In this document: positions 48,290-61,467 of the stretch, piece after piece
How the letters are laid out: every line of letters starts with the position of its first letter
Numbering within the stretch: position 1 is the stretch's first letter
DNA from: Squalus acanthias
Lineage: Eukaryota
NCBI GenBank assembly: GCA_030390025.1
Contig: CM059432.1
Coordinates: forward strand, 20,772,001-20,836,000
Length of the DNA stretch: 64,000 nt
Direction of reading: 5' to 3'
The notes under the pieces: model-generated
Told to the model about the DNA's origin: nothing
Databases searched by the model: none
The model's input: the letters and a program-made list of their open reading frames with translations, nothing else
Made by a program: the position numbers and the translations under genes

Positions 48290-50489
48290 TTTGAGGTTGT
48301 AACTAGCAGAATAGATAAGGGGGAACCAGTGGATGTGGTGTATTTGGATTTTCAGAAGGCATTCGATAAGGTGCCACACAAGATGTTATTAAATAAAATT
48401 AGGACTCATGGGATTGGGGGTAATATACTAACATGGATTGAGGATTGGTTAACGGACAGAAAATGGAGAGTAGGAATAAACGGGTCATTTTCAGGTTGGC
48501 AGGCTGTAACTATTGGGGTACCACAAGGATCAGTGCTTGGGCCTCAGCTATTCACAATCAACATCAATGATTTGGATGAGGGGACCAAATGTAATATATC
48601 CAAGTTTGCTGATGATACAAAGCTGGGTGGGAATGTAAGTTGTGAGGATGATGCAAGGAGGCTTCAAGGGGATATAGACAGGCTAAGTGAGTGGGCAAGA
48701 ACATGGCAAATGGAATATAATGTGGAGAAATGTGAAGTTATCCACTTTGGTAGGAAAAATAGAAAAGCAGAGTATTTTTTAAATGGTGAGAGATTGGGAA
48801 ATGTTGGTGTTCAGAGGGACCTGGGTGTCCTTGTACACGAATCACTGAAAGTTAACATGCAGGTACAGCAAGCAATTAGGAAAGCAAATGGTATGTTGGC
48901 CTTTATTACAAGAGGATTTGCGTACAAGAGTAAAGATGTTTTACTGCAATTATATAGGGCCCTGGTGAGACCACACCTGGAGTATTGTATACAGTTTTGA
49001 TCTCCTTACCTAAGGAAGGATATACTTGCCATAGAGGGAATGCAACAAAGGTTCACCAGACTGATTCCTGGGATGGGGGGATTGTCCTATGAGGAGAGAT
49101 TGAGTAGATTCGGCCTATATTCTCTGGTGTTTAGAAGAATGAGAGGTGATCTCATTGAAACATACAAAATTCTTACAGGGCTTGACAGGGTAGATGCAAG
49201 GAGGATGTTTCCCCTGGCTGGGGAGTCTAGAACCAGGGGTCACAGTCTCAGAATAAGAACTGAAGAGAAATTTCTTCACTCAGAGGGTGGTGAATCTTTG
49301 GAATTCTCTACCCCAGAGGGCTGTGGAGGCTCTGTCGTTGAGTATATTCAAGACAGAGATCGATAGATTTTTGAATATTAAGGGAATCAAGGGATATGGG
49401 GATAGTGCGGGAGAGTGGAGATGAGGTAGAAGATCAGCCATGATCTTATTGAATGGCGGAGCAGGCTCAAAGGGCCAAATGACCTGCTCCTGCTCCTATT
49501 TCTTATGTTCTTATTCCAGTGACCCCTGCTGAACTTATATATGTGTGGACCTTAGGTGAGGACAGGATTAGGCTTGCTATGATGTCTCCTGTGATTGAAT
49601 AGCCTGCTAACATTGTCAAGGTTCACACATGAAGAACAAGCAGATGGATGGGGCGCTGAAAGAAATTTGATGCCCCTGGACCCATATCCCAGCAAGGAGT
49701 CACTGCTTTTGAGAGAGAGAAGGAAATTGGTGTTTTACATAAGGGATGAAGAAATAGTTAAAAGTCACCCCATTCAAAAATAAGTAAAAGTTCAGATTGA
49801 AGGGGTGAAAATGAAAACAAAATCAGTATAAAAAGGAAGTATTTATATGAACTTACAAATGGCATAATGCATGTATGTTAGAATATTGCCTTGCATCAGT
49901 AACTGAGATATATTTTGATCTCACTGCTTCTTAAATCATCTGGTACAAGGATAGGAGCCTACCATTCAATTATGTGTGCAACACTACTCCTGCAGATGGG
50001 GGAAAAATTAAAGTGGAAAACAGTGAACGTGAAATATTTTTCTTACACCTCTGTAAAGCGCCTAGGGATGATGTTCTATTTGAGAGGCACTATATAAATG
50101 CAAGGTTTGTAGATCTAATAATATACATATCCCAAAGTGTGTTCCAAGCTGGTAACATAATTTAGGGTTGAGAAAATGTTGAGTCTGTATGAAGGCTTTC
50201 TGAACGATCAGCTGTTAGGTGCAGCATGTGATGTGATCCCAAGCCACACAGACCAAGAAGATCTCTAGTTATTTGACCTCACATCGAACAACGGTGTGGG
50301 TGGGGGGGCAACTACAATGGCCTTGGGTCAAGAGGAGGGGTAAATTGACCTTGATCACCATCTAGTAACTCCCCCTGGAAGACCCAAGTGTTTTGTTGTT
50401 AGGTTAGGACAGGATCAAGCTTGGCTATGATATATTCTTTTTCCCCTAAAGTCAAGTAGCTTGCTGCCACTCACTGCCTAGACTCTCTC

Positions 50490-50639
50490 GGGGTAATTTT
50501 GACTTTGGGCAATAGTGTAAATGGGACGATGTCGGATCAGACGCCCGTTACACATCTCCCATGATTTTCAGGAGAAATGTAAAATGGACAGCTGATGCGA
50601 CATTGCTCATTTTGGACTATCGCCCAAAGTCAAAAACCC
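50490..50639. mobile_element. Palindromic MITE-like element
   Basis: ggggtaattttgactttgggcaatagt / actatcgcccaaagtcaaaaaccc. Half copies at 349-477 and 38560-38650. Confidence 0.78.
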
Positions 50640-52785
50640 ATTATGACTAGACACCAGAGAGGCATTACCAGTACACATGGAACCATTCCCCAGCAGCAGT
50701 CAGCAGTCTCAGGAGACAGGAGCAAGATTGAGCAAAAGTGTTGCCATTTAGTGTCCGTGTCAGCATGAAAAACTCTCAGGTTCAGCAGAGTAAAGTTTAA
50801 TCCGCTCTGCTCCAACAAAGTGCCTTAAAACCTTTCCTCTGAAACCTCACAAAAGAATTGGCCTTTACTGCACCAGTATGACATTTCCCTTTCATACACC
50901 AGCCATTCTTGTGGCTTCTCTGAGTGATATTATCAACTTATGGGTGAATTATGGGTGATTTTCTGCTGCAGATTTAAGGTAATGGATTACTCACCTTATA
51001 TCTGTCCTTCATTCCCTCAGTCTAGATTGGATGAGAAGCCAAGCGTATTCACGTAGTGTGGGCTCTGTTTTGTTTTAAAAAAGCTCAGGCTGCCATGACT
51101 AATTGAAATGGAGGGAGCATGCTTGATGAGTTAAATGGCCTATTGCTACTCGTATAATAGGGTGTACATACAAGTTGGATCGGAAACTATCAAGAAGCAG
51201 TTGGTTCCAGAAAATAAAGCATTGAGTAGTGCAGACTGCATAATTCAGGAGCACTGTAGGTACGAGGATCTATACCGGTTGCGTCATGGCTTGCTTCTTT
51301 AAGTCTCTAGCTCACCGTACAACTTCTCTGCAATTTATGTTGCATTTCGAGTTTTTTTTTAGGTTACTTTGAGCACTTGCATGTAGTCAGAGCTTGCAGA
51401 GTATGACTGAAGCAAGTTGTATTTCTACGTGGGCGGGGAGTGTGCAGGGGCCACCCAAAGAGTCCGTGCGGGACCCATGGGGTTTTTTTGGGGCCGACTC
51501 TCATTATCATGCGGTGGGTAAGCTGCCCAGCAAGAAATACACTCCCAATAGGCAGCTTGGGCGGTGTGGTCACTTGTCAAAGTTTTTTCACCGGGAACAG
51601 AAAGAAGCAACGCTGTAGAACAGCAGACAAGAAGAGTGAAGAAGCTGCAGCAGCAACATGTGCTTTCAAATCTATTAAGGTGGAAAACCCACAAGCGACT
51701 ATCAGAAAATGTCTCCTAAAGCACCATCCAGCTTGTATTATGTATGTGAGCGAGCTCTGCTTCATATTACACCTGCGCTTGGCAGACAAGTAGACTAGAG
51801 GGAAAGCAGCAACAGCTGCAATATATTGCATTTTTATGAGTTTGTCTGAAATTGCAGAACATCGTTCATTTACCTCAGCAAGTGTGTGCTGTTTCCTCTA
51901 AGTAACTCATTTATTTTCCAATTAAAATGGCGCTTGGCTGAGATGTTTTGCTGGTAAGGATTTTCTGTTGTTTTTAGCTCAGTCATCTGAAACGGGTACT
52001 GGACTGGGACAAGCTGCTTGGTGTCAAAATGCAACGTGAAGTAAACTGAGTGAGTTGACTGTCGGCCAATTTAAAAGTTGGAAGACTGAATCTTTTCAAA
52101 ACTTGCTTTTTAAAATAAAAACCTATGCACCGATGGGCTAACCACCTGGTGAGAGCCCACCAACAAAAGTTTTACACAGACTTTCAGGCCAAGAAATTCG
52201 ATGGCACCGTGCTCGTTTTTCAGGCGCCAAGCTTCCAACACCGCTGGCAGGAAGCGCACACGCATTACGAGCCGGAAGTACTCTGCCTGCCATCGTGGTA
52301 TAGGCAAAAAATAGGCGTCCAGGACCCACTCCTGAAGCAGTCGTTAGGCACTTTGCATATGCAATTAGAGGGCTAAATGACTGTTTGAGGCCCCCTCTGC
52401 AATATTGGTTTGCCCTGAGGCAGTTAGCGCCAGCAAGGCCAACATGCAGTCTACATCAAAGGGTGCCACCAAAAAGGTAAGTTTATTAAAAATACTTACC
52501 TGATTGGGGAGATGGGAAGAGCCGGAGTGCTCATCCCAACCCCACATTAAAACTGTGGGCCGTTGCTGGCCATCACACGCACTCCCCTCTGATCGCAAAC
52601 TCGACCTCCCCATCTCCCCCCTTTCCTCCGAGTGCAGTCACCAGTACCCTCCTCTACGCCGGCCACCACCACCCTGTCTCCCGGTCCCCTCTAAGGATTT
52701 GCCTGAGGGTCAGTGCTGGCAATGTAGTGGCCTGATCAACCAAATATAAAAAGATATGTAGGCTGTACCTTTTATAAGAAGCGGA

Positions 52786-53217
52786 CAACCTTGGCTCAGT
52801 GGTGGCACTCTCAACTCTGAGTTAGAAGATCATGGCTTCAAATCCCACTTCAGAGATTTGAGCACATCATCTATGCTGACGCTTCAGTGTAGTGCTGAGG
52901 GAGTGCTGCACTGTTGGAGGTGATAAACCGAGGCCCCATCTGCCCTTTCATGTTGACGTTAAAGATCCCATGGCACTATTCAAAGAATAGCAGGAGAGGT
53001 CTCCCAATGTCCGGGCTAACATTTATTCCTCAACCAACACAAAAAACAGATGATCGGGTCATTCATTTCATTTCTGTTTGTGGGGCTATGCTGTGCGCAA
53101 ATGGTCTGCTGTGTTTCCTACATTACGACAGTAGTTACAGTTGGCTGTAAAGTATTTTGGGACACCCCAATGTCATGAAAGGCACTATATAAATGCAAGT
53201 TCTTTCATTCTTTCTTT
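52786..53217 (+). mobile_element. Deu-domain SINE
   Basis: ccttggctcagtggtggcactctcaactctgagttagaag ... aaaggcactatataaatgcaagttctttc. Confidence 0.88.
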
Positions 53218-54133
53218 TCATTTTTAAAACCACGTAGAGACAATATCCACCTCTTATAAATGTACAGCTGACATATCCTGCTAAATTTCTTACTGCTTTA
53301 CTTAACAACTTTGTTAAAAATAGCGCAGAGCAATTTCTGCTTACATCGGTGCTGTGTGTTCATTTTGGGTAAGCTGAGGATTGTGTTCCTCCAGCCATGT
53401 ATATTAGACTCAGAAGTTCAATCAAGTGGAGTCTATAAAGGTGCATCCACACGCCAGCTTCAGCATCACAGAGAGGCAGTTCCTACTGCACTGCACCACT
53501 GACGTTGGTGCATAAACAGAGATTGAGGCCAGCAGTCTCAGAGTGGATCTTGCTGGAGCTGCCCAAGTGAAGTCGTACTGCAGATCCTATCCTGCAGTCT
53601 AAACATGGTCGTCTTCAATTCAGTTCCAGATGTGCAGAGCAGAGTGTTGGCACAGCTGGAACTTCACCAACAATGCAGGAAAAAATGGAAATTAAAAGAA
53701 AAAACTCTTTTTGAATTATTTTTCTTTCTATAAATACAAGAAATCTTTCTAATGGCTCTATGGTTTTATTAACTTTCCTGTGCACATATGTCGTGAGATC
53801 AGTTCACACATGTGTCATGAAGCAATAATGTTGACAATCTCCATGGCCATTTACACCAGGAAGTAAGATCAAGTTTGGAGGAACCAGTATAAATTGGCTC
53901 TCCAAATGTGAAGTGAACACTGCAAAACACTCCCTTTTTATTTTGCAACAAATGGAATCATAGGAACAGGAGGACGCCACTCAGACCCTTGAGCCTGTTC
54001 TGCCATTCAATTAGATCATGGCTGATCTGTATCTTAAATCCATTTACCCACCTTGGTAACATATCCCTTAATACCCTTACCTAACAAAAAATCTATCAAT
54101 CTCAGTCTTTAAATTTTCAATTGACCTAGACCA

Positions 54134-54865
54134 GGGGCTAAATTGGGCCGTGAAGCGCTCATTTTTTTAGGTGCTCCGTGGCCACATAAGGATCGAAAGT
54201 GGGATTCGAGATGCTTGGGCACACTTCCGACAGGAATTACGCATCTTGGTAAAGGACAAACGAGGCGTCCTTTACCTACGTCTGAAGCAGGCGTTAGTGC
54301 ATTTGCATATGCAAATATGGGGCCTAATGCCTGCTTCTGGTTCCTGCTGCAACTTTGCTTTGCCCTGAGGCAGCCAGCACCTATGCTGGTTGCCTCCAGG
54401 AAAACCAAATCTAATCACCAGCTTTTAAAAAGAGCTAAGTACTTACTATATTCACTGCCACTCTCAGTTCTGAGATCTCCGATCACCCTCCCGACCCCGA
54501 CCTTCAGGCACCACCAATCTCCCCGCCGGCACCAATCTCCTAGCTCCCCTTGATAGCATTCCCAACTCCCAACCCCCCCACCCCACAGTACTCCTGAGGC
54601 CTGCAATCTCCTTACCCGATCCCCCACCAAACCCCAATCATGGACTCCGAGGCCCACCCATTCCTCCTCCAGACCCCCACGATCTAATCTGATCACTTAC
54701 CTGGAAATTAGGGCACTAACCTGTGCGGGCTCCTACCGGTGCAGCATTTACATTATGATGAGGTTCGAGGCTCAAAGTCCGGGGCTCCTTGGACCTCACC
54801 ATTTGAATGCAGGCGGTTAACACTGTGGGTGAGGCACCCAAATGGACACTCCAAAATTTGACCCC
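54134..54865. mobile_element. Non-autonomous TIR element (Harbinger-like termini) inserted in a minus-strand CR1 tail (approx. 53957-54905)
   Basis: Termini ggggctaaattggg / ccaaaatttgacccc. The host CR1 tail reads through (caattgacctagacca | caacagcttttgtggggggagagttccag). Confidence 0.7.
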
Positions 54866-54904
54866 CAACAGCTTTTGTGGGGGGAGAGTTCCAGATTTCC
54901 ACTA

Positions 54905-56490
54905 CACAAAGCAGATAAGAGAAGTAAAAGTAGGGGAACATATAGGCAATAGTGACCATAATATAATATGCTTTAAGATGATAATTGAGAAGGTTAATAG
55001 ATTGGAGAAAAGCTGATTTTAAGGGGCTGAGAATAGAACTTGGGAAAAATAATGGGCAACAATATTGGCAAATTACGATGTAGAACAGCAATGAGAAACA
55101 TTTAAAACGGTGTTCAACAGAATGTAGGAAAAATATATTCCGCTAAAAGGAAAGAACAAACTAAACAATAATGAGACTCAATGGATGAATAAAGCCATAA
55201 GGGAACAATTGAGATTCAGGAAAGAGGCATGCATTAAGTACATAGACAGAAGGGGAATGCATGATAAGGGAGAATACGAAAAGATTAGGAGAGAAGTCAA
55301 AAAAACAATTAGGGAGGCAAAGAGGAACTATGAAATTAATTATATGGGAACATAAAATAAAATAGTAAAATATTTTAGAGGCACATCAATAAAAAAAAAA
55401 GGTTGGGATGGGAATAGGGCCATTACGGGATAGACAGGATAACACCACATGTAACAATAGAGAGATGGCAGAAATATTAAATAATTATTTTGCTTCAGTA
55501 TTTACCAGGGAGATAGAACAGGTGAACATGACATTGGATAATGAGATAAGTGCATTTAAAATAAAAAATGGGATATATTAAATAAACTAATCAAACTCAA
55601 AGAGGATAAATCCCCTGGTCCGGATGGATTGCATCCACAAATTTTAAAAGAATCTAGGGAAGAGATAGCAGAGGCATTATTACGCATATTTAATAATTCG
55701 TTAGAAAGAGGTGTAGTGCTAGAGGACTGGTGGATAGCTAACTTAATACAAATATTTAAGAAGGAGGATAGAACATGTCCAGGGAATTATGGACCAGTCA
55801 GCTTAACATCGGTGGTAGGAAAAATAATGGAATCCCTACGAAAAGGAGAAAATAGAAGAACATCTAGAAACCAAAAATATAATAATGAATAGTCAGCATG
55901 GATTTCAAAAGGGAAAGTCTTGCCTGACCAACCTTATTGAATTTTTTGAAGAGGTAACAGAGAGAGTAGACAATGGTAATGCAATAGATGTAATTTATCT
56001 GGATACCAGAAATGCGAGGTTATACACATCAGGAAAGGATGAACAGGCTGGGTCTCTTTTCGCTTGAAAAAAGAAGGCTGAGGGGTGACCTAATAGAGGT
56101 CTATAAAATTATGAAAAATTTTGATAGAGCGGATAGAGAGAGAATGTTTCCACTTGTGGGGAAGAGCATAACTACAGGCCATCAATATAGGATAGTCACC
56201 AAGAAATCCAATAGGGAATTCAGAAGAAACTTCTTTACCCAAAGAATGGTGAGAATGTGGAACTTGCTACCACAGGGAGAGGTTGAAGCAAATAGTATAG
56301 ATGCATTTAAGGGGAGGCTAGACAAGCATATGAGGGAGAAGGGAATAGAGGGCTGTGCTGTTAGATTTAGATGAGGAAAGATGGGAGGAGGCTCGTGTGG
56401 AGCATAAACGCCGGCATGGACTGGTTGGACCGAATGGCCTGGTTGGACCGAATGGCCTGTTTCTGTGCTATATATCCTATGTAATCCTAT
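54905..56490 (+). mobile_element. CR1 LINE with internal deletion of the RT core
   Basis: ORFs 55629..55892, 55885..56067 and 56012..56374. The sequence jumps from DVIYLD directly to gataccagaaatgcgagg (IPEMRG). Confidence 0.88.
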
Positions 56491-57600
56491 TTAAGAATTG
56501 CTTCCTGACATCACCCCTGAATGGCCTAGCTCTAATTTTAAGATTATACCCTTTTGTTCTAGACTCCCCACCAGAGGAAATTATATCTGTCTATCTACCC
56601 TGTCACATTCTTTCATCATCTTAAACACCTCAATTAGATCCCCCCTTAATCTTCTATACTCAAGGGAATATGAGCCTAGCTTATGCAACCTATCCTCATA
56701 ATTGAACCCTGTTTGCCGCGGTATAATTCTGGTGAATCTGCACTGCACCCCCTCCAAGGCCAATATATCCTTCCTGAGGTGCCCAGAACTGAACGCAGCA
56801 CTCCATATGCTGTCTAACCAGAGCTTTATACAACTGGAGCATAACTTCCACTCCTTTGTATTCCAGCCCCCTTGAGATAAAGGCTAACATTCCACTTGCC
56901 CTTTTATTTATTTTTTGGACCTGTCCACCAGCTTTTAGTGATTTCTGTACTTGGACCCCCAAATCTTTCTCTGCTCCTCCACAGTTCCTAGCTTCTCACC
57001 ATTTAGTAAATACTCTGATCTATATTTCTTAGGTCCAAAGTCGATAACCTCACACTGAACTCCAGCTGCCACAGTTTTGCCCACGTACTTAATCTATCAA
57101 TGTCCGCTTGGAACTTTCTGCTCCCATCTAAACTATTTACTGTGCCACCTAACTTAGTGTCATCATCAGTTTGGATATACGGCTTTCTATTCCTTCATCC
57201 AATTCGTTAATAAATATAATGAAAAGCTGTTGTCCCAGTACAGTTTTCTGGGGGACACCACTAGTCACATCCTACCAAATGGAGTACATGCCCATTATTC
57301 CTACTCTCTGTCTTCTACCTCCTAACCAATTCTCTACCCATGTCAATAGGTTGCCTCCAATTCCATGTGCTTTAATTTTTTCCAACTGTATCTTATATGG
57401 AAACTTATAGAATGCCTTCTGGAAGTCCATATAAATAACAGCCATAGGCACTCCCTTAGCTACCACATTAGTGACCTGCTCAAAACATTTAACTAGGTTA
57501 TTTAGACATGACTTATACTTTACAAATCCATGCTGGCTCTCTCTGATCAGTTCATAGTTGCTCAGTCACTCTGTCACTAATAACAGATTCTAGTAACTTG
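56491..57600 (-). mobile_element. CR1 LINE RT fragment, tail-to-tail with the previous copy
   Basis: ORFs 57272..57466 (IYMDFQKAF), 56696..56962 and 56581..56763. Confidence 0.88.
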
Positions 57601-57639
57601 TAATCAAATCCAGAGGAATCCTATTTGATTCAATAGATT

Positions 57640-58474
57640 GGCATTGCTGCGTGGGACTGCACTCGCCTGGTTCCATTCTTATCTATCCAGTCGTAGCCAG
57701 AGCATGTTACCTCTGGTGTCCACTAAGGATTTATCCTTGGCCCCCTCCTATTTCTCTTCTACATGCTGCCCCTTGGCAACATCATCCAAAAACACAATGT
57801 CCGGTTCCACCCAGGTCTGCCTCACCATCAACTCTCCCAACTCCTCCACTGTCTCTAAATTGTCACACTGCTTGTCCAACATCCAGTACTGGATGTTCAG
57901 AAATTTCCTGCTGAAACCCTCATCTATGACTTGCTTACCTCTAGACTTGACTATTCCAATGCACTCCTGGCTAGCCTCTCATCTTCCATTCTCCATAACC
58001 TTAAGGTCATCCAAAACTCTGCTGCCCGTATCCTAACTCAGACCAAGTCCCGTTTGCCCATCACCCTTGTGTTGGCTGACCTACATTGGCTCTCATCCTT
58101 GTTTTCAAATCCCTCCAGGGCCTCGCCCCTCCCTATCTCAGTAACCTCCTTCAGCCCTACAACCCTCCGAGATATCTTTGCTCCTCCAATTCTGGGTTCT
58201 TGTGCCTCCCCGATTTTAATTGCTCCAGCATTTCCGGCCGTGCCTTCAGCTGCTGAGGCCCTAAGCTCTGAAATTCCCTCCCTAAACCTCTCCACCTCTC
58301 TACCTCTCTTTCCTCCTTTAAGACGCTCCTTTAAACCAACCTCTTTGACCAAGCTTCTGGTCATCTGCCCTAATACCTCCTTATTTGGCATGGTGTCCAA
58401 TGCTCCTGTGAAGCACCTTGGGATGTTTTACTGCATTAAAGGCGCTATATAAATACAAGTTGTTTTGTTGTTGA
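57640..58474 (+). mobile_element. L2-clade LINE 3' portion
   Basis: TALAWFHSYLS; SRLDYSNALLASL...QNSAARILTQTK...ITLVLADLHWL; tail ggcgctatataaatacaagttgttttgttgttg. Confidence 0.9.
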
Positions 58475-58714
58475 ACCAAACCTGAACTTAGAACCAACAT
58501 TGAAAATAGCAAAATGATAAAAAATACTGACGATTAGGTTAGAAGAAAATTAAGAATTGATCATGGTGAACATTGTGTATCTGTGGTTAAATGCCTAATG
58601 GAAAGAAATGGACCATGTAAAATTGGATTGAAATCTGGGCCTGTATGGCTATGCATAATAGTTATAACATTTAATCATAATTAATAATGTACTGATTAGG
58701 CACTTGAGGAACAT

Positions 58715-59738
58715 TGGCCTAAAATTTGGTTATGGCCCTTTCTCGAGTGCATAAGCAGTAGTTACAGGCAGACAGCAGGCACCCCAACTGGGAGGCCATT
58801 GCAAAACTGGGTCTCAGGCCTCATTTAAACGCTTGGAAGAACTGCAACATATCAAATAGATTCCTTATAGAGGACCCCACTGTACAACCTGAAGGATCAA
58901 GCCTTCCTCGCAAACAGTGGACAACCATCAGCTGCCTCAGAACCGGTCATGGTCGGTGATGCCACCTTCTCCATAGATGGAAGATTAAAGCATCCCCATC
59001 ATGTGACTCTGGAGCTCCTGATCAGACCCTGGAGCACATCATTGAGCACTGGCCTCAGAGGAAATTCGCAGGCAGCCTACAAGATACCCAGGCTGTTACA
59101 CTGGAAGCTTTGGCCTGGATATCTGACTTAGATATTGTCATCTGATTTGCTTTGCTACTACCATATGAAAGAAAAGAATGCCTCATTTAGACTATTTGGA
59201 CGACTGGACACTTGCTACACCTCCACAGACAGCTCACACCTTTTACATTGTTGAATATCAGGCCGCTTGCCACACCAGCAGCAGCCGTAAGGTAAGGTTT
59301 CTGGGAGGGAAGGCAGGTTGGGGCGGGGGTTAGAACAGCAACAGGAATGGGGTTGAGCGTAAGTACTGTGGAATGGGGGGGGGGAGAGCACTCCGACTTC
59401 TCCTGGCTCCACAGCCACATTTTTTGTTTTTTAAAACTTGGCTTTTTAGTGGCGGTCACCGCTTAAGAATCCCAAGCTGAGCAGGTCCGGCCTCTGTGAT
59501 ATCCAGTTTAGCAGAGGAGGCCTAAAACAGACATTTTAGGCCCCTCATTTACATATGTAAGGCGCATAATGTCTGATTTAGGCGGCCACCAGAGATGCCT
59601 GAAAAATGACCCGACCCAATATTGGTTCGAACATTTTTCAGGCATTCTTTTGGCGCAGGATACTGGTCTTTCAAATTGGCCCTCGTTGCGCCTGTTTTAT
59701 GCCTGTAAAATGGGTGCAACAAGGTCCAATTTCGACCA
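58715..59738. mobile_element. Non-autonomous TIR element
   Basis: Termini tggcctaaaatttgg / ccaatttcgacca, flanked by duplicated cat (58712-58714, 59739-59741). Confidence 0.6.
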
Positions 59739-60224
59739 CATTATGTTGTAGCTGCTCAAGTCAAGTAGCTGAAATGTAAGGACTTTATTAAAGTACACAA
59801 ACTAGTTTCACCCGGTTCTGAAAGATATCGATTCAAAGTTAAGGAAATTACTGCAATTTGCTTCTTTCAGTGCTTCTCCAGTAGTCTCCTCAAGCACCTA
59901 TTAACATTATTGGGAAACGCGAAAAGAGGGTCTGTAATTACGGGTTGAGGTGTTTTTTGGTCCAGTTTTTAATGGGATAATAAAGCTGTGCAGGCTGCAG
60001 AAGTGTAACCTGTTAGAGATAAATTGGTAATGTGTACGTGAAAAAGCACCTTGCATTTGAGCAGGCCAAATTCAAAGAGCCTGACACTAATTCAGTATTT
60101 GTGATCCTGTCCTGCGGCACTCTAATTATTTCTGAAAATGTAATTTCAATTTCCCTTAGCATTAGAGGGAGTCGAGACCAAATGCAGTAATCGGATTAGA
60201 AGGTAGACGGATAACTGAACCAAG

Positions 60225-60490
60225 GTAGTGGAGGGGGTAGAAAAGACAGAAGAAGGGAAGCAGAAGTGGGAAGAGCTGGGAGAACGAGGGAGGGAAAAAG
60301 AGTAGGGGGAAGGTAGGGGTGGGAAACGAGGGAGGGGAGGGGGTAGAAGTTGAAGGAGAAGAGGGAGGGAAGATGAAGAGGGGAAGGGGAGGGGTGAGGA
60401 GAGGCAATGGCTAAGAGGAGGGCAGAAGGGAAAGGCAGGCGAGGGAAGGTATGGAGCAGAGGTGCAGTAGAAGGGAAGAGGAGTGGAAAA
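60225..60490 (+). repeat. Purine-rich (GA) low-complexity tract
   Basis: Almost exclusively G/A for approx. 260 bp. Confidence 0.85.
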
Positions 60491-61467
60491 TAATCTATCG
60501 AAGGGGAAGTCTGCAACCTGAAAAGTCTGTCTGCTGGGTGAGCTGTCGGATGCAAGCTCGAGAAGTCAGTGAAGGTTGGTTCAAAAAGTCTTCAGCAAAA
60601 AGGGGATAACAAAGGAAGACCTTCAATGGGGTTGAGTGAAAAATCAAGCCTGAACCAAAGCACCAGAAAGACTGTCAGTGAGTGGTGCCAGCCTTTTAAA
60701 AAGTCCGTCAGCGAGGGATATCTCGGGGAACTGGTGGACAGGCATGCAGTCGAGGATGTGGGCCAGTGGAACCCAAGATAGGAGAGCATCCAGAATGGGA
60801 TGCGGATATCGTGCCAGAATATGCCAGGATGAGCAGCCCCTATTAAGACAGGGTCATTGGGTGGTAAGTGATGGAGGTGCCAGTGAGTGCTCCCAGCAGG
60901 GAGCGTGAAGGGGAGGAGGGAAACAAAGTGGAAAATTCATCTGAGCCACCGTACTAACTGAAACTAGAGTAGGAATATCTCTGGAATGCATTTGTACTTT
61001 AAAAGCATCCAATAGCATGATGCTTAATCATTGGGGTTTACTGTTTTGGCGGGGGAGGGGTTGAGGAGCTAAATTTAGGCCCTAGGTATGCGGTTGGACC
61101 AAGAGCCTAAGGGACAGCTGACTTCTTGTATTTCAGGACGCCGGGAGATTTCACATGGCTCCATTGCAGATGTCGTGCAGAGAGACTTCTCTATGTAAAC
61201 ATCTACTGTGCGCTGTTATCCAATACACTTGCTGCCTTTTAAAGCCAAAAATCGAGTTCCACCATTGGGTTTGGAGCTAACATTACATCACAGGTCTTTT
61301 GTTATTACCAGTGCCAATCCCAGCATCATCTACAGAAGTAACAGGTACTGCAGGCACATATTGATACTTTAAAATTGGGTTTTCCCAATGACAAAGCCGG
61401 GCATGTCGGTTTTCAGTGCAGTTTGAGGCAAAAGTTGTGACTCACTCAGCATTCTTGATGTATAATA

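Larger units (their letters stand above)
45633..49514 (+). mobile_element. CR1/HER1 LINE ORF2 (45633-46811 plus 48290-49514), split by an antisense CR1 copy
   Basis: ORFs 45913..46668, 48329..49000 and 49040..49366. The reading CLTNLL.FF | FEVVTSRIDKGEPVDVVYLDFQKAFDK is continuous across the insert. Confidence 0.93.

Noticed and set aside
45913..49366. Active autonomous LINE
   Set aside because: ORF2 is 5'-truncated, frameshifted and split by an antisense insert. No window copy has intact ORF1 plus ORF2.
51365..51585. Possible structured ncRNA hairpin (gtatttct / agaaatac)
   Set aside because: Pairing is short and patchy. A decayed MITE is more likely, and the signal is too weak to call.
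53340..53700. Possible coding exon (GC-balanced unique block)
   Set aside because: The frames I translated hit stops early and gave no recognisable peptide, and there is no convincing acceptor-donor pair.
60162..60555. Pro/Leu/Phe-rich ORFs
   Set aside because: Translation of the complement of a GA-rich low-complexity tract.
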